Source of the DNA: Alloascoidea hylecoeti | Taxonomy: Eukaryota | Direction: 5' to 3' | Assembly: GCA_001600815.1 (NCBI GenBank) | Contig: BCKZ01000001.1 | Coordinates: 912,613-976,612 of the forward strand | DNA length: 64,000 nt | Part shown: one piece after another, positions 37,601 through 47,744 of the stretch | Position numbering within the stretch: the stretch's first letter is position 1 | Layout: each line of letters starts with the position of its first letter | Program-made: the position numbers and the translations under genes | The notes under the pieces: model-generated | Told to the model about the DNA's origin: nothing | The model's input: only the letters and a program-made list of their open reading frames with translations | The model's database searches: none

Positions 37601-38590
37601 TTTTATAAATATTTCGTGCCAATTAATGAGTAGATCAGTAACGCAACATCTAATTTCATCTGAAATTCGTACACCACCAGTTAAGGCAATATCATCCTTA
37701 AAGATTTTATTTGCAAAAATTAAACTTGTGTTGAAATTCAACAGATAACCAAAGCATGTATCTGAACCTGGAGTTAGCCACTGTTTGATAGTATTTTCCG
37801 TATATTCTCTGCCTTCAGTATCATCTGTTTCGCTCTCAGAATCATTATATCTTAGTGCACAATCAAATTGAAAAATATGTTTAGACGCCGCAATTAGATC
37901 GTTGAGCTTTTTAAATGGCTTATTTTCTTGATTTGTACAAGTTGCAAAATATGTTAATGCAAAACAAAACGAAGATTTTAAACATTCAGGTAAGGTTCCA
38001 TGTTCTGGATTATCATCATAAAGTGGATAATTGAATTCGTATTTCATTATAGACAAATTTATTTCGTGAAGTGCAACCGCTGCCTCTGGTGTAACTTTCA
38101 TTTGGGGAACGTCCAGCGTAGGTACTAATTTAGCACAAGCAGATTTCAATCTTTCATCGATTTCAGGGTGACAATTAGGCATATGTTTACCAAGGGGTGA
38201 AAAGGCTTGCAAAGCCACCCAAAGAATTCGAATATATTCTGTTCCACCATATTTTCCAATTTTGACACCGCTGGAGGATTTCCTTTTATCAGTTTCAAAT
38301 ATCAGCTCATAAGGTTCGGGTGTGTGCTTTGCCATACTTTGACCTTTTGCAAAATAAGCCTTCAATAATGCTTGAAGATTTTTATACCGAATTGTTTCTT
38401 TAAAATTCTGAATATTATAAACAATCCAATCTGTCTCTGAAAATAGGGTTGATAATACATCAATACAGGGGAAATACTTTCGCGTCGTTCGAGGAATGCA
38501 GGCAATATACCAATGGGCTAGACCATTTGGATCAGCCAACCGTAGCAGCCTCTCATCATTGTCCATAGAACTAGTCTCATTATCATTCAT
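34696..38590 (-). CDS. ~1279-aa protein: TLH-type (telomere-linked helicase family) tyrosine-recombinase-like N-terminal half, acidic disordered region, coiled coil, basic tail. Exons 38590-35259 and 35203-34696
   Basis: Intron 35204-35258 (GTATGT...TACTCAC...TAG) fuses the 1128-aa and 166-aa ORFs in frame (ELEGK|FQMLNEEH). Ordered motifs resemble the TLH N-terminal region (see findings). The CDS is well supported; the family call is from memory. Confidence 0.7.
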
Positions 38591-38677
38591 TCTAGGACCT
38601 CTGGTAACTATGATACCATTTAGTGTAAATAACTCAGGACGTGATGCGAAAAAACTAGGGAGATAGAACTATTATCG

Positions 38678-38685
38678 CCGGGTAA
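38678..38685 (+). promoter_or_regulatory. Reb1-type site CCGGGTAA in the 159-bp divergent promoter between the TLH-like gene and ARP9
   Basis: Exact CCGGGTAA match between the two start codons (38590 minus, 38750 plus). Confidence 0.55.
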
Positions 38686-38749
38686 TACTCGATTATAAAC
38701 TCACCTGTAAAATCTGAAAAGATATACGCGTTATAATTTGTTTTTATAA

Positions 38750-40240
38750 ATGCCTTTATTCAGAGAAGACCATTATCTCGTATGTTTTCTCTATTTTCTC
38801 TATTTTGGTTTATGATTGAATTTGCTTCTAACAGAAGATGTTCATTTAGGTTATTGCACCGGGATCTCGAACGACTCTGGCTCAGTTGGGCTTACACGAA
38901 TCGTTGACACCTCCAAGCATCGAAGTCGCAACGAAAGTTTATAGACATCCTGATCATCTTGATAATGATAAATATTTCAAATCAACAGGTGATGAAGCGA
39001 GTGCCATATATCCAATTGTCAAGGGTAAAATTGTCAATGTTGATGCTTTGAACTATTTGATGTCAGTATATTTTTCACTTTATTACAACCAATCTCCATA
39101 TTAACTGTATCATTATATATTAGAAAACTCATATTTAAATCTTCGACTAAGAAATTTAGTGTTACACCATATACACCTCTGCTCCTTGTTTCTGATAGCA
39201 GATGGTCTCGCGTTAATATTGAAAAAATTACTCAGTATGTGTTTGAAACATTAAATATACCAGCATTTACGGTAGTACCCAACTCTCTCTGTGCTTCATT
39301 TGCTTATGGATTGCAGAGTTGTACATGTATTGTTGATATTGGATTTGAAAAAACAGAAATTACACCAATTGTCGAGTTTTGTCCCGTTGAACATGCAACG
39401 ATTACAATAAATTACGGTGGTAGTTCTATTAATAAAAGTTTGTCAAAATTATTACCAAATCTAGATCCTGAAACAATTGATGAGCTAAAGAAATCAGAAA
39501 TTTATGAAATTTTAAATAGCATTGACGCTGCAAAGAATTCGTTTTTATTTGCAAATCATCCACCGGAAGACGAAGGTATAATTGATGTTGCGGCAATTGT
39601 AACAAGTGGTAATACTCGTGAAATTTTGGAGCAAAGAGAAAAGGAAAAGAAACAAGGTAAAAAAGAGGCACCAAAACCAAATGCTGAAAGAGAAACAAGT
39701 GAATTCACTGATTCGAAAGGTAATACATTCACAATCGGTAAAGAAAGATTCAAAGGTGCTGAAGATTTATTAGAGCGTATTGCTGATGCAACATTTAGAT
39801 CTCTTTCAAAAGTTGATGAAATTGTTAAAAGAGCAAATTGTTGGGACGGTATTATTTTAGTTGGAAGAGGTGCTTCAATCAAAGGTTTCAAAGAAGCTTT
39901 TTATACATTATTAGAAGAAAAATATCTTGTTTCAAGAACAAATACATATTCTGAAGTTCCATCTTCTTTTACGTCTGGTCAAAATACTCCACGAAATGGT
40001 ACACCTTTTAGAATGAATCAAATACCACAGCCATTGTCCCATGGTCAATCCCCAACTTCAATTAAATTAGGTAAAATGCCAGACTATTTTACTGAGTGGA
40101 AACATTATGGGTATAGTAATGCTTCTTTCTTGGGTGCACAAATAGCCTCAAAGCAAATATTTGGTGGACATGCGAATGGTTCTTATGTTAGTCGAAATGA
40201 TTATAATGAAGTTGGCCCATTGGCTATATGGGATATCTGA
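38750..40240 (+). CDS. ARP9: Actin-related protein Arp9 (SWI/SNF-RSC). Exons 38750-38779, 38850-39061, 39124-40240
   Basis: MPLFREDHYL|VIAPGSRTTLAQLG, IYPIVKG, EDEGIIDVAAIVTSGNTREIL, KMPDYFTEWK, FLGAQIASK; introns GTATGT..TAG and GTCAGT..TAG keep the frame. Confidence 0.88.
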
Positions 40241-40540
40241 TAATCCTTTATGTATTTCTATTTTTAATTCTTTTTTTGATGTACTGATATAGATTAATAA
40301 AATTACAATTCCAATTTAATCGATATTTATCTAACGTGTAGCTCTACAGTATCTGTATGGGATCTCATTCCTTATATGTATATCATAATTCTTGTTGATT
40401 ATTAACTTATAATGCTGACCATAAGTAGCTCGCTATTATCTACAATCACTCGCAAATATCATGCCGATTACAGCGACAAAGGCTAGCGAAATGGATGTCA
40501 ATATGTATCACATATAGAAATATTTTCATATTTTCTCTCT

Positions 40541-41842
40541 TCAATTAGATTCAGGCTTGGTAATATAATTAGTTGTTTCCTCGTGAATGAGAACATGATC
40601 TAGATTAGTAGCAATAGACAATGAATCACTAGTTTGTTTCTCTTCTTTAATTAATTGCAATTTTTCATCATCACGATGAATCCACCACCTAAATAGAGGA
40701 AGTAATAATTGAGCAATGACAATCTGTTCTCCTTGATATAAAACAAGCGGGACCAACAAAACACCTAAGTATTCGAAATGACTACCAAATTGTGCAGCCA
40801 TTAATGAAACTCCTAATGCTGCAGTTTTCGCTGCTCCACAAAGCATTATTGCAACTGTATCTCTTTTGTTGTAATAAAATGGATATAAAAGATTATATGA
40901 TTGAAGATAAAATTTTGAATCAGATTCACTTGGTTCGTGATCAAATAATCTAAGTATGAAAAATGGTCTTGCACAAAAGAAACAAATTGATGTATAAAAT
41001 AAATAAATACCAATATTAAAAAAAACCAGTAAAATTATTGCTGGTGTTGAAATCGATTTGAAAGCGTTTTGATAAAAGGCAGTTGAGAAACTACTCCATA
41101 ATAAAAGTAATAGCATAAATGATCCAACTTTTCCTAAATAGAAAGTTTTTAAACACCATTTACTTTGTTTAGGTAAAAAGTTTTGTATTAATTGTCCCAC
41201 AAATAAAGGAATAAAAACCGAAAGTCCCAATTGCTTCATAACGTTACGATAAATAATGGTCATTGATTCTTCATTTTTTGGATTTGCAAAATTAAATCCA
41301 GTCTGTTTTGTCATATACATCTGTAATAAGGCTGGACTCATGAAAACACCTAAAAGATTCCCAATGAAAACTTCAATCAAAGCCAATGAATCATTCCCGT
41401 GGGCTTCCCTTGTCATCACAACATTTGAGGAAATAGTTGTTGGAAGACATCCTGTAAAAATCATTCCAACAAGCATATATTCATTAATATTTGGGTTATT
41501 TGACGACTTAATCGCTTCGACAAACCCAAACATTACAGCAGATGTAACCAAGAAACAGATTATTTGAGTAATTAAATGAGCTCTCCATTCTATCGCATTT
41601 TGTAACAATTGTTTTGTTGGCATTGACATTCCAGATATAAGAAAAATTATAGCAACTGCACCATAACCTATGGTGTATTGTGCTTTCAGAGTACCTCCAT
41701 TTCGTGCAAACTCAGGATATGAGTGAGCCAAAGCTATGAAAACTCCGAGAAGTATAAGAAACCACTTTGAAAGTAAGAAAGTGAAAATCTTCTTGCTATT
41801 CAACGGCTGAGAGTGAGAACCCTCCTGATCCGAGCCTAACAT
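40541..41842 (-). CDS. RCH1: SLC10A7/SBF-family membrane protein (Rch1-like)
   Basis: About 10 hydrophobic segments; IIFLISG, GCLPTTISSNVVMT, GNLLGVF, CGAAKTAALG. Confidence 0.8.
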   Translation of the reverse strand: MLGSDQEGSHSQPLNSKKIFTFLLSKWFLILLGVFIALAHSYPEFARNGGTLKAQYTIGYGAVAIIFLISGMSMPTKQLLQNAIEWRAHLITQIICFLVTSAVMFGFVEAIKSSNNPNINEYMLVGMIFTGCLPTTISSNVVMTREAHGNDSLALIEVFIGNLLGVFMSPALLQMYMTKQTGFNFANPKNEESMTIIYRNVMKQLGLSVFIPLFVGQLIQNFLPKQSKWCLKTFYLGKVGSFMLLLLLWSSFSTAFYQNAFKSISTPAIILLVFFNIGIYLFYTSICFFCARPFFILRLFDHEPSESDSKFYLQSYNLLYPFYYNKRDTVAIMLCGAAKTAALGVSLMAAQFGSHFEYLGVLLVPLVLYQGEQIVIAQLLLPLFRWWIHRDDEKLQLIKEEKQTSDSLSIATNLDHVLIHEETTNYITKPESN

Positions 41843-42038
41843 AATATTAAAATCAGCTTGTATGGATTGTTACGTATAACGTTAACCAAATACAACTGGT
41901 ACGGATCTAAGACTTTTATCCCTTCTAGCTATAAGTTGGTCAAGATGTTAATGTTATGGAGGGTAAATCCAAAAGGAGAGCCAAAATTATACTGTTAGCT
42001 AATTTTAATTTATGTTAATAGTGACCCCACAGTGATTT

Positions 42039-42227
42039 TTCACTTAATTTAGGCCATACTAGTTACTAACTATCAGCCATTAATAAGACCATATTTCGGC
42101 CGGGTGTGGCACCCGAGGATGTTTCATTTCCCCGCATATTGACGAGCCATACCAGTAATAATACGGCCGACAATTTATTATGGAGATGGCTGATAATTAG
42201 TAATCAGAATGGCCGAAACTAAGTGAA
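42039..42227. mobile_element. MITE/foldback-like imperfect palindrome
   Basis: 42039-42078 vs reverse complement of 42188-42227: 34/40 identical; a related arm at 50387-50449 and a fragment at 17403-17418. Confidence 0.7.
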
Positions 42228-42580
42228 TAATTACAACGTTATTACTCTTCCCTTTACCTTTCAAGTATAAGAATCAGGGTTACATTCACTATGTATATTG
42301 TATACCACACTAACATATACTCTATAGTTATTAGAATATTACTACACTTCTTCAAGAATTAGAATATTTATCGTTTTCCGGCTACTATAGCTATAATATT
42401 CAATCACGACCTTCAGTACTAGTTAACGTTTGAACATTTCATTGTATAAAGCAAACCATTAGGTCTGAAACCTAAATAGGTATCACAATTTTTATCTAAT
42501 AAAAGAAAGATAGATAAGATCCAAAATACTCTTTGTTAAAATATAATAAATAGGTGGAAATTCTTTGATTTTAAAAAATA

Positions 42581-42660
42581 ATCACGTGATGTTATTATCT
42601 CGGATAATGTGTGGACCGAAATTGAAAACTTTTCTCTCATCTCATCTCCGAAATTTTTTT
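42581..42660 (+). promoter_or_regulatory. Ribosome-biogenesis promoter elements upstream of NOP1
   Basis: ATCACGTGAT E-box, RRPE-like TGAAAACTTTT and GAAATTTTTT, PAC-like CTCATC x2. Confidence 0.55.
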
Positions 42661-42782
42661 CTTTCTCTTCAAACAAACTTTTCCGTTTTACTATTTATCG
42701 AACAATCATCTAAGACCACAATTCTTAGTTGATCTTTACAGTTAAATACACATTAAACAGTTAATTAATAAATAAATCGATA

Positions 42783-43760
42783 ATGGCTTTTACTCCAGGA
42801 GGAAGAGGTGGTCGTGGTGGCTCAAGAGGTGGATTCGGTGGTGGAAGAGGAGGAAGAGGTGGATTTGGTGGTGATAGAGGTGGTCGTGGTGGCAGAGGTG
42901 GATTTGGTGGTCGTGGTGGCTCAAGAGGTGGAAGAGGTGGTGACAGAGGTGGAAGAGGTGGTGACAGAGGTGGAAGAGGTGGATCAAGAGGTGGTCGTGG
43001 TGGTGCTAGCGGTGCAAGAGGTGGTGCTAAAGTCGTCATAGAGCCACACAAGCATGCTGGTGTTTTTATTGCCCGTGGTAAGGAGGATTTGCTTGTCACT
43101 AAAAACTTGACACCAGGTGAATCTGTTTATGGTGAAAAGAGAATTAGTGTTGATGTCCCAAATACTGATCCTAATGCCGAGAATGCCACAACAAAGGTTG
43201 AATACAGAGTCTGGAATCCTTTTAGATCTAAATTGGCTGCTGGTATTTTAGGTGGTATAGATGATATTTTCATTGCCCCAGGTAAGAAAGTTTTGTATCT
43301 TGGTGCTGCTTCTGGTACATCTGTTTCTCATGTTGCCGATGTTGTTGGACCTGAAGGTTTAGTTTATGCCGTGGAATTTTCCCACAGACCAGGTCGTGAT
43401 TTAATCTCAATGGCCAAAAAGCGACCTAATGTTATTCCAATTATTGAAGATGCTAGACATCCTCAAAAATACAGAATGTTGGTTAGCATGGTTGATGTTG
43501 TCTTCGCCGATGTTGCCCAACCAGATCAAGCACGTATTATTGCTCTTAATTCACATTTATTCTTGAAAGATCAAGGTGGAGTTGTTATTTCAATTAAGGC
43601 TAATTGTATTGACTCTACTGTCGATGCTGAAACTGTCTTTGCCAGAGAAGTTCAGAAATTAAGAGAAGAGCGAATTAAACCATTGGAACAATTGACACTA
43701 GAACCTTTCGAAAGAGACCACAGTATCGTTATTGGTAGATATATGAGAGGTGGTATCTAA
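42783..43760 (+). CDS. NOP1: Fibrillarin, rRNA 2'-O-methyltransferase
   Basis: RGG/GAR N-terminus, [31 protein letters not shown]. Confidence 0.98.
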   Translation: MAFTPGGRGGRGGSRGGFGGGRGGRGGFGGDRGGRGGRGGFGGRGGSRGGRGGDRGGRGGDRGGRGGSRGGRGGASGARGGAKVVIEPHKHAGVFIARGKEDLLVTKNLTPGESVYGEKRISVDVPNTDPNAENATTKVEYRVWNPFRSKLAAGILGGIDDIFIAPGKKVLYLGAASGTSVSHVADVVGPEGLVYAVEFSHRPGRDLISMAKKRPNVIPIIEDARHPQKYRMLVSMVDVVFADVAQPDQARIIALNSHLFLKDQGGVVISIKANCIDSTVDAETVFAREVQKLREERIKPLEQLTLEPFERDHSIVIGRYMRGGI

Positions 43761-45539
43761 ATTTATTCTTAGATATTAAAATCGACTTTTATGTATTGGC
43801 ATGTTCTTTTTGTATAGTAATATTATTTCTTAATTATATCAATGCAATTGTAATAAATTTTATAGGCTATCAAACTTCGCAACTATAGTTATAACTATTT
43901 TATACAGCTTTTCTACTAATTGGTAGCATTATTTTCAAGATATATTAGCGAAGGGTTTGGGTTTGGGGATTGATTATGATATCAGCGATAACTTTAAAAA
44001 ACAGTCAATTATTTGCAATTGGTGCTATCCAATAAAATTGGTATTAGTTAAATAGCATTGATAGTGAGTCGTAGGATAATATACACTTATAATGCAATAT
44101 TGGGTTTTCATACAGATTTTCATTCAATTATAAGATATTTACGATTGGTTAATGTTGTTGAACACCATTAATTAACAGGTGATCATGAACATGGAATTAT
44201 TCAGTAATTTTATTCCAACACAATTATAGCAACTACAAAATTAGTTTGTTATTGTTCTCCCAAAAATCTGTGCTAGTACGTGCTACAGATCGAGGCCTAG
44301 AAAGGAATCAAAAGAATAAGAAATTTAGAAATTTAGAAATAAACTCAAACAAAACTCAAAAAATCATAATCAGATCTAAAGATTCACTCAACCATCCGAT
44401 CCATATTCTTTTGATTGCAATCTTTCTGGTTTTACCTTTCTAATTATGGAGTTTCTTATGATTCAAAAACTCCCTTAATCTTGCATTTTGATTTCTTGGA
44501 CATGAACTTTCTTCCTTGTAACTAATATTAATGTTACCACCAAGATTTCTACAACTAATTATTATTTTCTGCATTATTAATTTCTAAGAACGATTCCTAA
44601 CTGTGTGATCAATCAATCAAATTGTAATCATGGAGCTCTATGGTTAGGTTAGTTTTTCTAAAAGTCTCATTTTTATTTAAATTTCCTTTAATCTCAGTTT
44701 CAATATTGTTTTAATTTAATATGAATTTGAGGTATTATACATAATATTACTCACCTCCTCATTATACTGTTATCAACCACCTCTTTTGTATAGTCATAGT
44801 ATTAATTGTGTAATCTATATAAGAAGAGGCATTTCCTTATTTATAATAGACTAAGCTTATTTCTGACTACAATATCATTTGCAACTACAACAAACTCTAT
44901 CATTTATACATCTATGTTGGAAACTTGAGCCATATGGCATGTATAATTGATACGAATAAAACCAATCTTAGCTTGAAGCTTATATTATGAAGTTATTCCT
45001 CGGACTCATCCTATTTACTTTTTTATTTTGTACCTCCAATAACACGTTTCAGTTGGCCATATTTAGTGAAGTGACTGTCAATTGTGAAGCAGTAAAGTAA
45101 TTATAACTATTACCGGTATACATATGTGGAAGTTAACAGTATAGCACCAGCATTTGTACACTTATATTTGAAGATTATAGCTATATCTATAGATAAGTAG
45201 TTTATTCTAGTCGATATCTTATTGAGATTATATAGTCAATATAAATGAAGCCTCCTACTATAATTAATTGGAGCTCTTTCATACTTATTTTAGACTCATT
45301 TTGAATGATTACTGAATTTTAGCATATTTTGTGGAGGAAGAACAATCCTCTAGTTCTCCACTTGATTCTAAACCATCTGCCGCTCATTGAGGTTAACGTT
45401 CGTGGACACAGCGGACGTTCATTGTTCAATTAACACCAACTATTACCAAGACATAAGACTAATAAATTTCTGGACAAATTAATACTAGATTTTCAAAAAA
45501 AGTCGACAAATGGAAATTTTGAGAATGATCGCTAAATCC

Positions 45540-45945
45540 CATTGCAAGCTACATGTTGTGCCATATCGTGTAATCTGGGTGGGAGGTGGTAAATCATGGG
45601 AATTAGGAGAATTGGAATTTGATGCGAGGTTTTTTCCAAAAGTATCAATATCGCCTTTATTAGGGTGATTGATTGGAATTGGTAATCTTGAAGTATTTGT
45701 GAATAAAAGTAATAAATTTAATCTGCTCAGTCAATAATATTGTGATATGTTAACATTAAACCTCTTTTTCGCTCCACTCCTTAGAAGCTCTAAAACAAGG
45801 CGGAAATTTTAGAAATAAGATAATCTCCATATAAGATAATGCTCTATTCACAGAGCTGGTGATGTCACAGTTGGAAGAGGGGGAATTGAAGTGATGGAAT
45901 GGCCTTAATATAGTCTAGATATGAACTCTATTGAGGTGTAAAACA
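45540..45945 (+). mobile_element. Decayed Tc1/mariner (DD34E-type) transposase fragment
   Basis: 45835-45940 reads DNA/IHRAGDV..GIEVMEWP*YSLDMNSIEV* (one frameshift), matching QDNA.IH.A....I..L.WPP.SPDLNPIE; weaker upstream VIW.GG and Y.DML segments. Confidence 0.75.
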
Positions 45946-46378
45946 GAATCAGCAGCAAATATGAACCAATTCTTATAGAATAACGGGGCATCAAATAAGA
46001 GTAAATCAACTTCGTGAATATGTTAGCATAGGCTACTAAAATTAAATCTAATGCCAAAGGTGATAAATAATCTATTAATGGTTGTCATGTGAAAAAATCA
46101 TGAATATTAATATTAATATGCTGTAAACGATATAATGAGAGAGAGGGGATATGAACTTTTCTTTTGTTTCATAGAAATTATTTTCCTACTTTAATATAAT
46201 TTGCTGAATCAGTGACAATAATATCTAAAAGGTGGTGCTATTTTGGTGTATGAATGTTGTCTCAATATACCTTGAGGAGACCGAATAACTAGTAATTAAT
46301 ATTCGCGTACCTTAAGCATATTTGGTTGGGATAAGATCATAATAGATAGCTAGATTATATAAATAATTAATATTAATA

Positions 46379-47533
46379 TCAAGTTCCAAGAATCTCTTGA
46401 ATTGCTCTAAACAAATCAACAGTTTCCTTAATCATAAAAGGAGACAGTCCTTGCCATTGACCATCCCTTTTTTCCGGAATCTTAGGCACATTCCTTAAAG
46501 GAAAAGATAAACCTTTAACTCCAACTCTTTTATTAAAGGATTGCCATGAAATAATTTGTGACATTAGACAACCAAGATCATTAGTTGGTATTGCACTAAT
46601 AGGAATCAATTTAAAATGATATAATGATAGATCTTGTCTTCTTGCGGAACTTATTTCTTCAAACATTAATGTTATTGGTCGCCATTCTTTTGTATAATCT
46701 GTTTCACCATGCATCTCCTCATATGTATCCTCAAAGGTATCCTCAGATGTATCCTCAGATGTATCCTCAGATGAGTCTTCAGATGGGTCCTGAAAAGTTA
46801 AATAAAAAACTCCTTCTGAAATTCTTTGTGTAATTAAATCGGGATTTAAGGGTTGAATTTCACTCCTACCAAGTATATTATTTGAAAAATATTTACCCCC
46901 TTTGTCGATATGTAAAACATCCCACCACATTTTGGCCTGACAAGAGTCTAGTTCCCAATATATAGTTGAATCTTTTGCTATTGTTAATGGTGGGAAACTA
47001 TGCGTCCTTGGGGTTGCATGCCTATATGTTAATATAATCAAATAGTCGTCAGGAAATAATCTTGTCTTTATATGTCCGAAAGCATAAGCATAACTGATTT
47101 TAACACCATAACCTGGATTATAATCCATTGATTTATTTTGATGTGAACGTGTACGCTTTGCAATCCAATCATCATTGTAAAATTCATAATTATCTTGTTG
47201 AAATTTTGTAAAGAATTTCTTATCAGGTAATAAAAAAGGGCATTGTAATTTCTTATATAAATAACCCCACGTATCATCAATTAATTCTTCAGTTGTACAT
47301 GTTTGTAAACTCACTTCTGTATAAATATCCTTTGCAATCAAGTACTGTTTCCATAAATATCCAAATTTTGGTTTATAAAATTCATTAATAATATCAAATC
47401 CTAAACCTTGTATCGCCCTTGATTTAAAAATATCATTGTCAATCCTGCGAAACTCCTTACAAGTGAGCCGCCATTCTGGTGAACTTTGAACCAAAATACG
47501 CTTTAAATCGTATGGTAAATCCTGAAGTATCAT
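46379..47533 (-). CDS. F-box protein, Ucc1(YLR224W)-like; probable start at 47533 (ORF track extends to 47629)
   Basis: LQDLPYDLKRIL...LTCKEF F-box pattern; IDDTWGYLYKKLQCP resembles Ucc1 IADSWYIVYNALQYP as recalled. Confidence 0.6.
   Translation of the reverse strand: MILQDLPYDLKRILVQSSPEWRLTCKEFRRIDNDIFKSRAIQGLGFDIINEFYKPKFGYLWKQYLIAKDIYTEVSLQTCTTEELIDDTWGYLYKKLQCPFLLPDKKFFTKFQQDNYEFYNDDWIAKRTRSHQNKSMDYNPGYGVKISYAYAFGHIKTRLFPDDYLIILTYRHATPRTHSFPPLTIAKDSTIYWELDSCQAKMWWDVLHIDKGGKYFSNNILGRSEIQPLNPDLITQRISEGVFYLTFQDPSEDSSEDTSEDTSEDTFEDTYEEMHGETDYTKEWRPITLMFEEISSARRQDLSLYHFKLIPISAIPTNDLGCLMSQIISWQSFNKRVGVKGLSFPLRNVPKIPEKRDGQWQGLSPFMIKETVDLFRAIQEILGT
46722..46785. repeat. 12-bp coding minisatellite (GTATCCTCAGAT) encoding SEDT/FEDT/YEE repeats
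   Basis: atgtatcctcaaaggtatcctcagatgtatcctcagatgtatcctcagatgagtcttcagatg. Confidence 0.85.
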
Positions 47534-47646
47534 TATAAATTTTGATTGAATAAAAATCCAATGATAAATGGATCCAGCTGCAGGCACCAGCCAAAACTTA
47601 CATGTAGATGAGATAAAGTTAACATCCATGCATCATAATTTAAAGG

Positions 47647-47666
47647 CCGGGTAAATTGAAATTTTT
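47647..47666 (+). promoter_or_regulatory. Reb1-type site plus RRPE upstream of DBP9
   Basis: CCGGGTAA followed by TGAAATTTTT. Confidence 0.6.
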
Positions 47667-47744
47667 GCCCAATTCTTTTTTTATCTAAATATTTTTTTTT
47701 TTGGCTTCAAAAGAAAAATAAGCATCAAGGAGTATATTTAAAAA

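Noticed and set aside
42039..42227. CRISPR-like array
   Set aside because: Eukaryotic context, inverted rather than direct repeats, no unique spacers.
42761..43099. Pro-rich and His-rich ORFs
   Set aside because: Alternate frames of the NOP1 RGG repeat.
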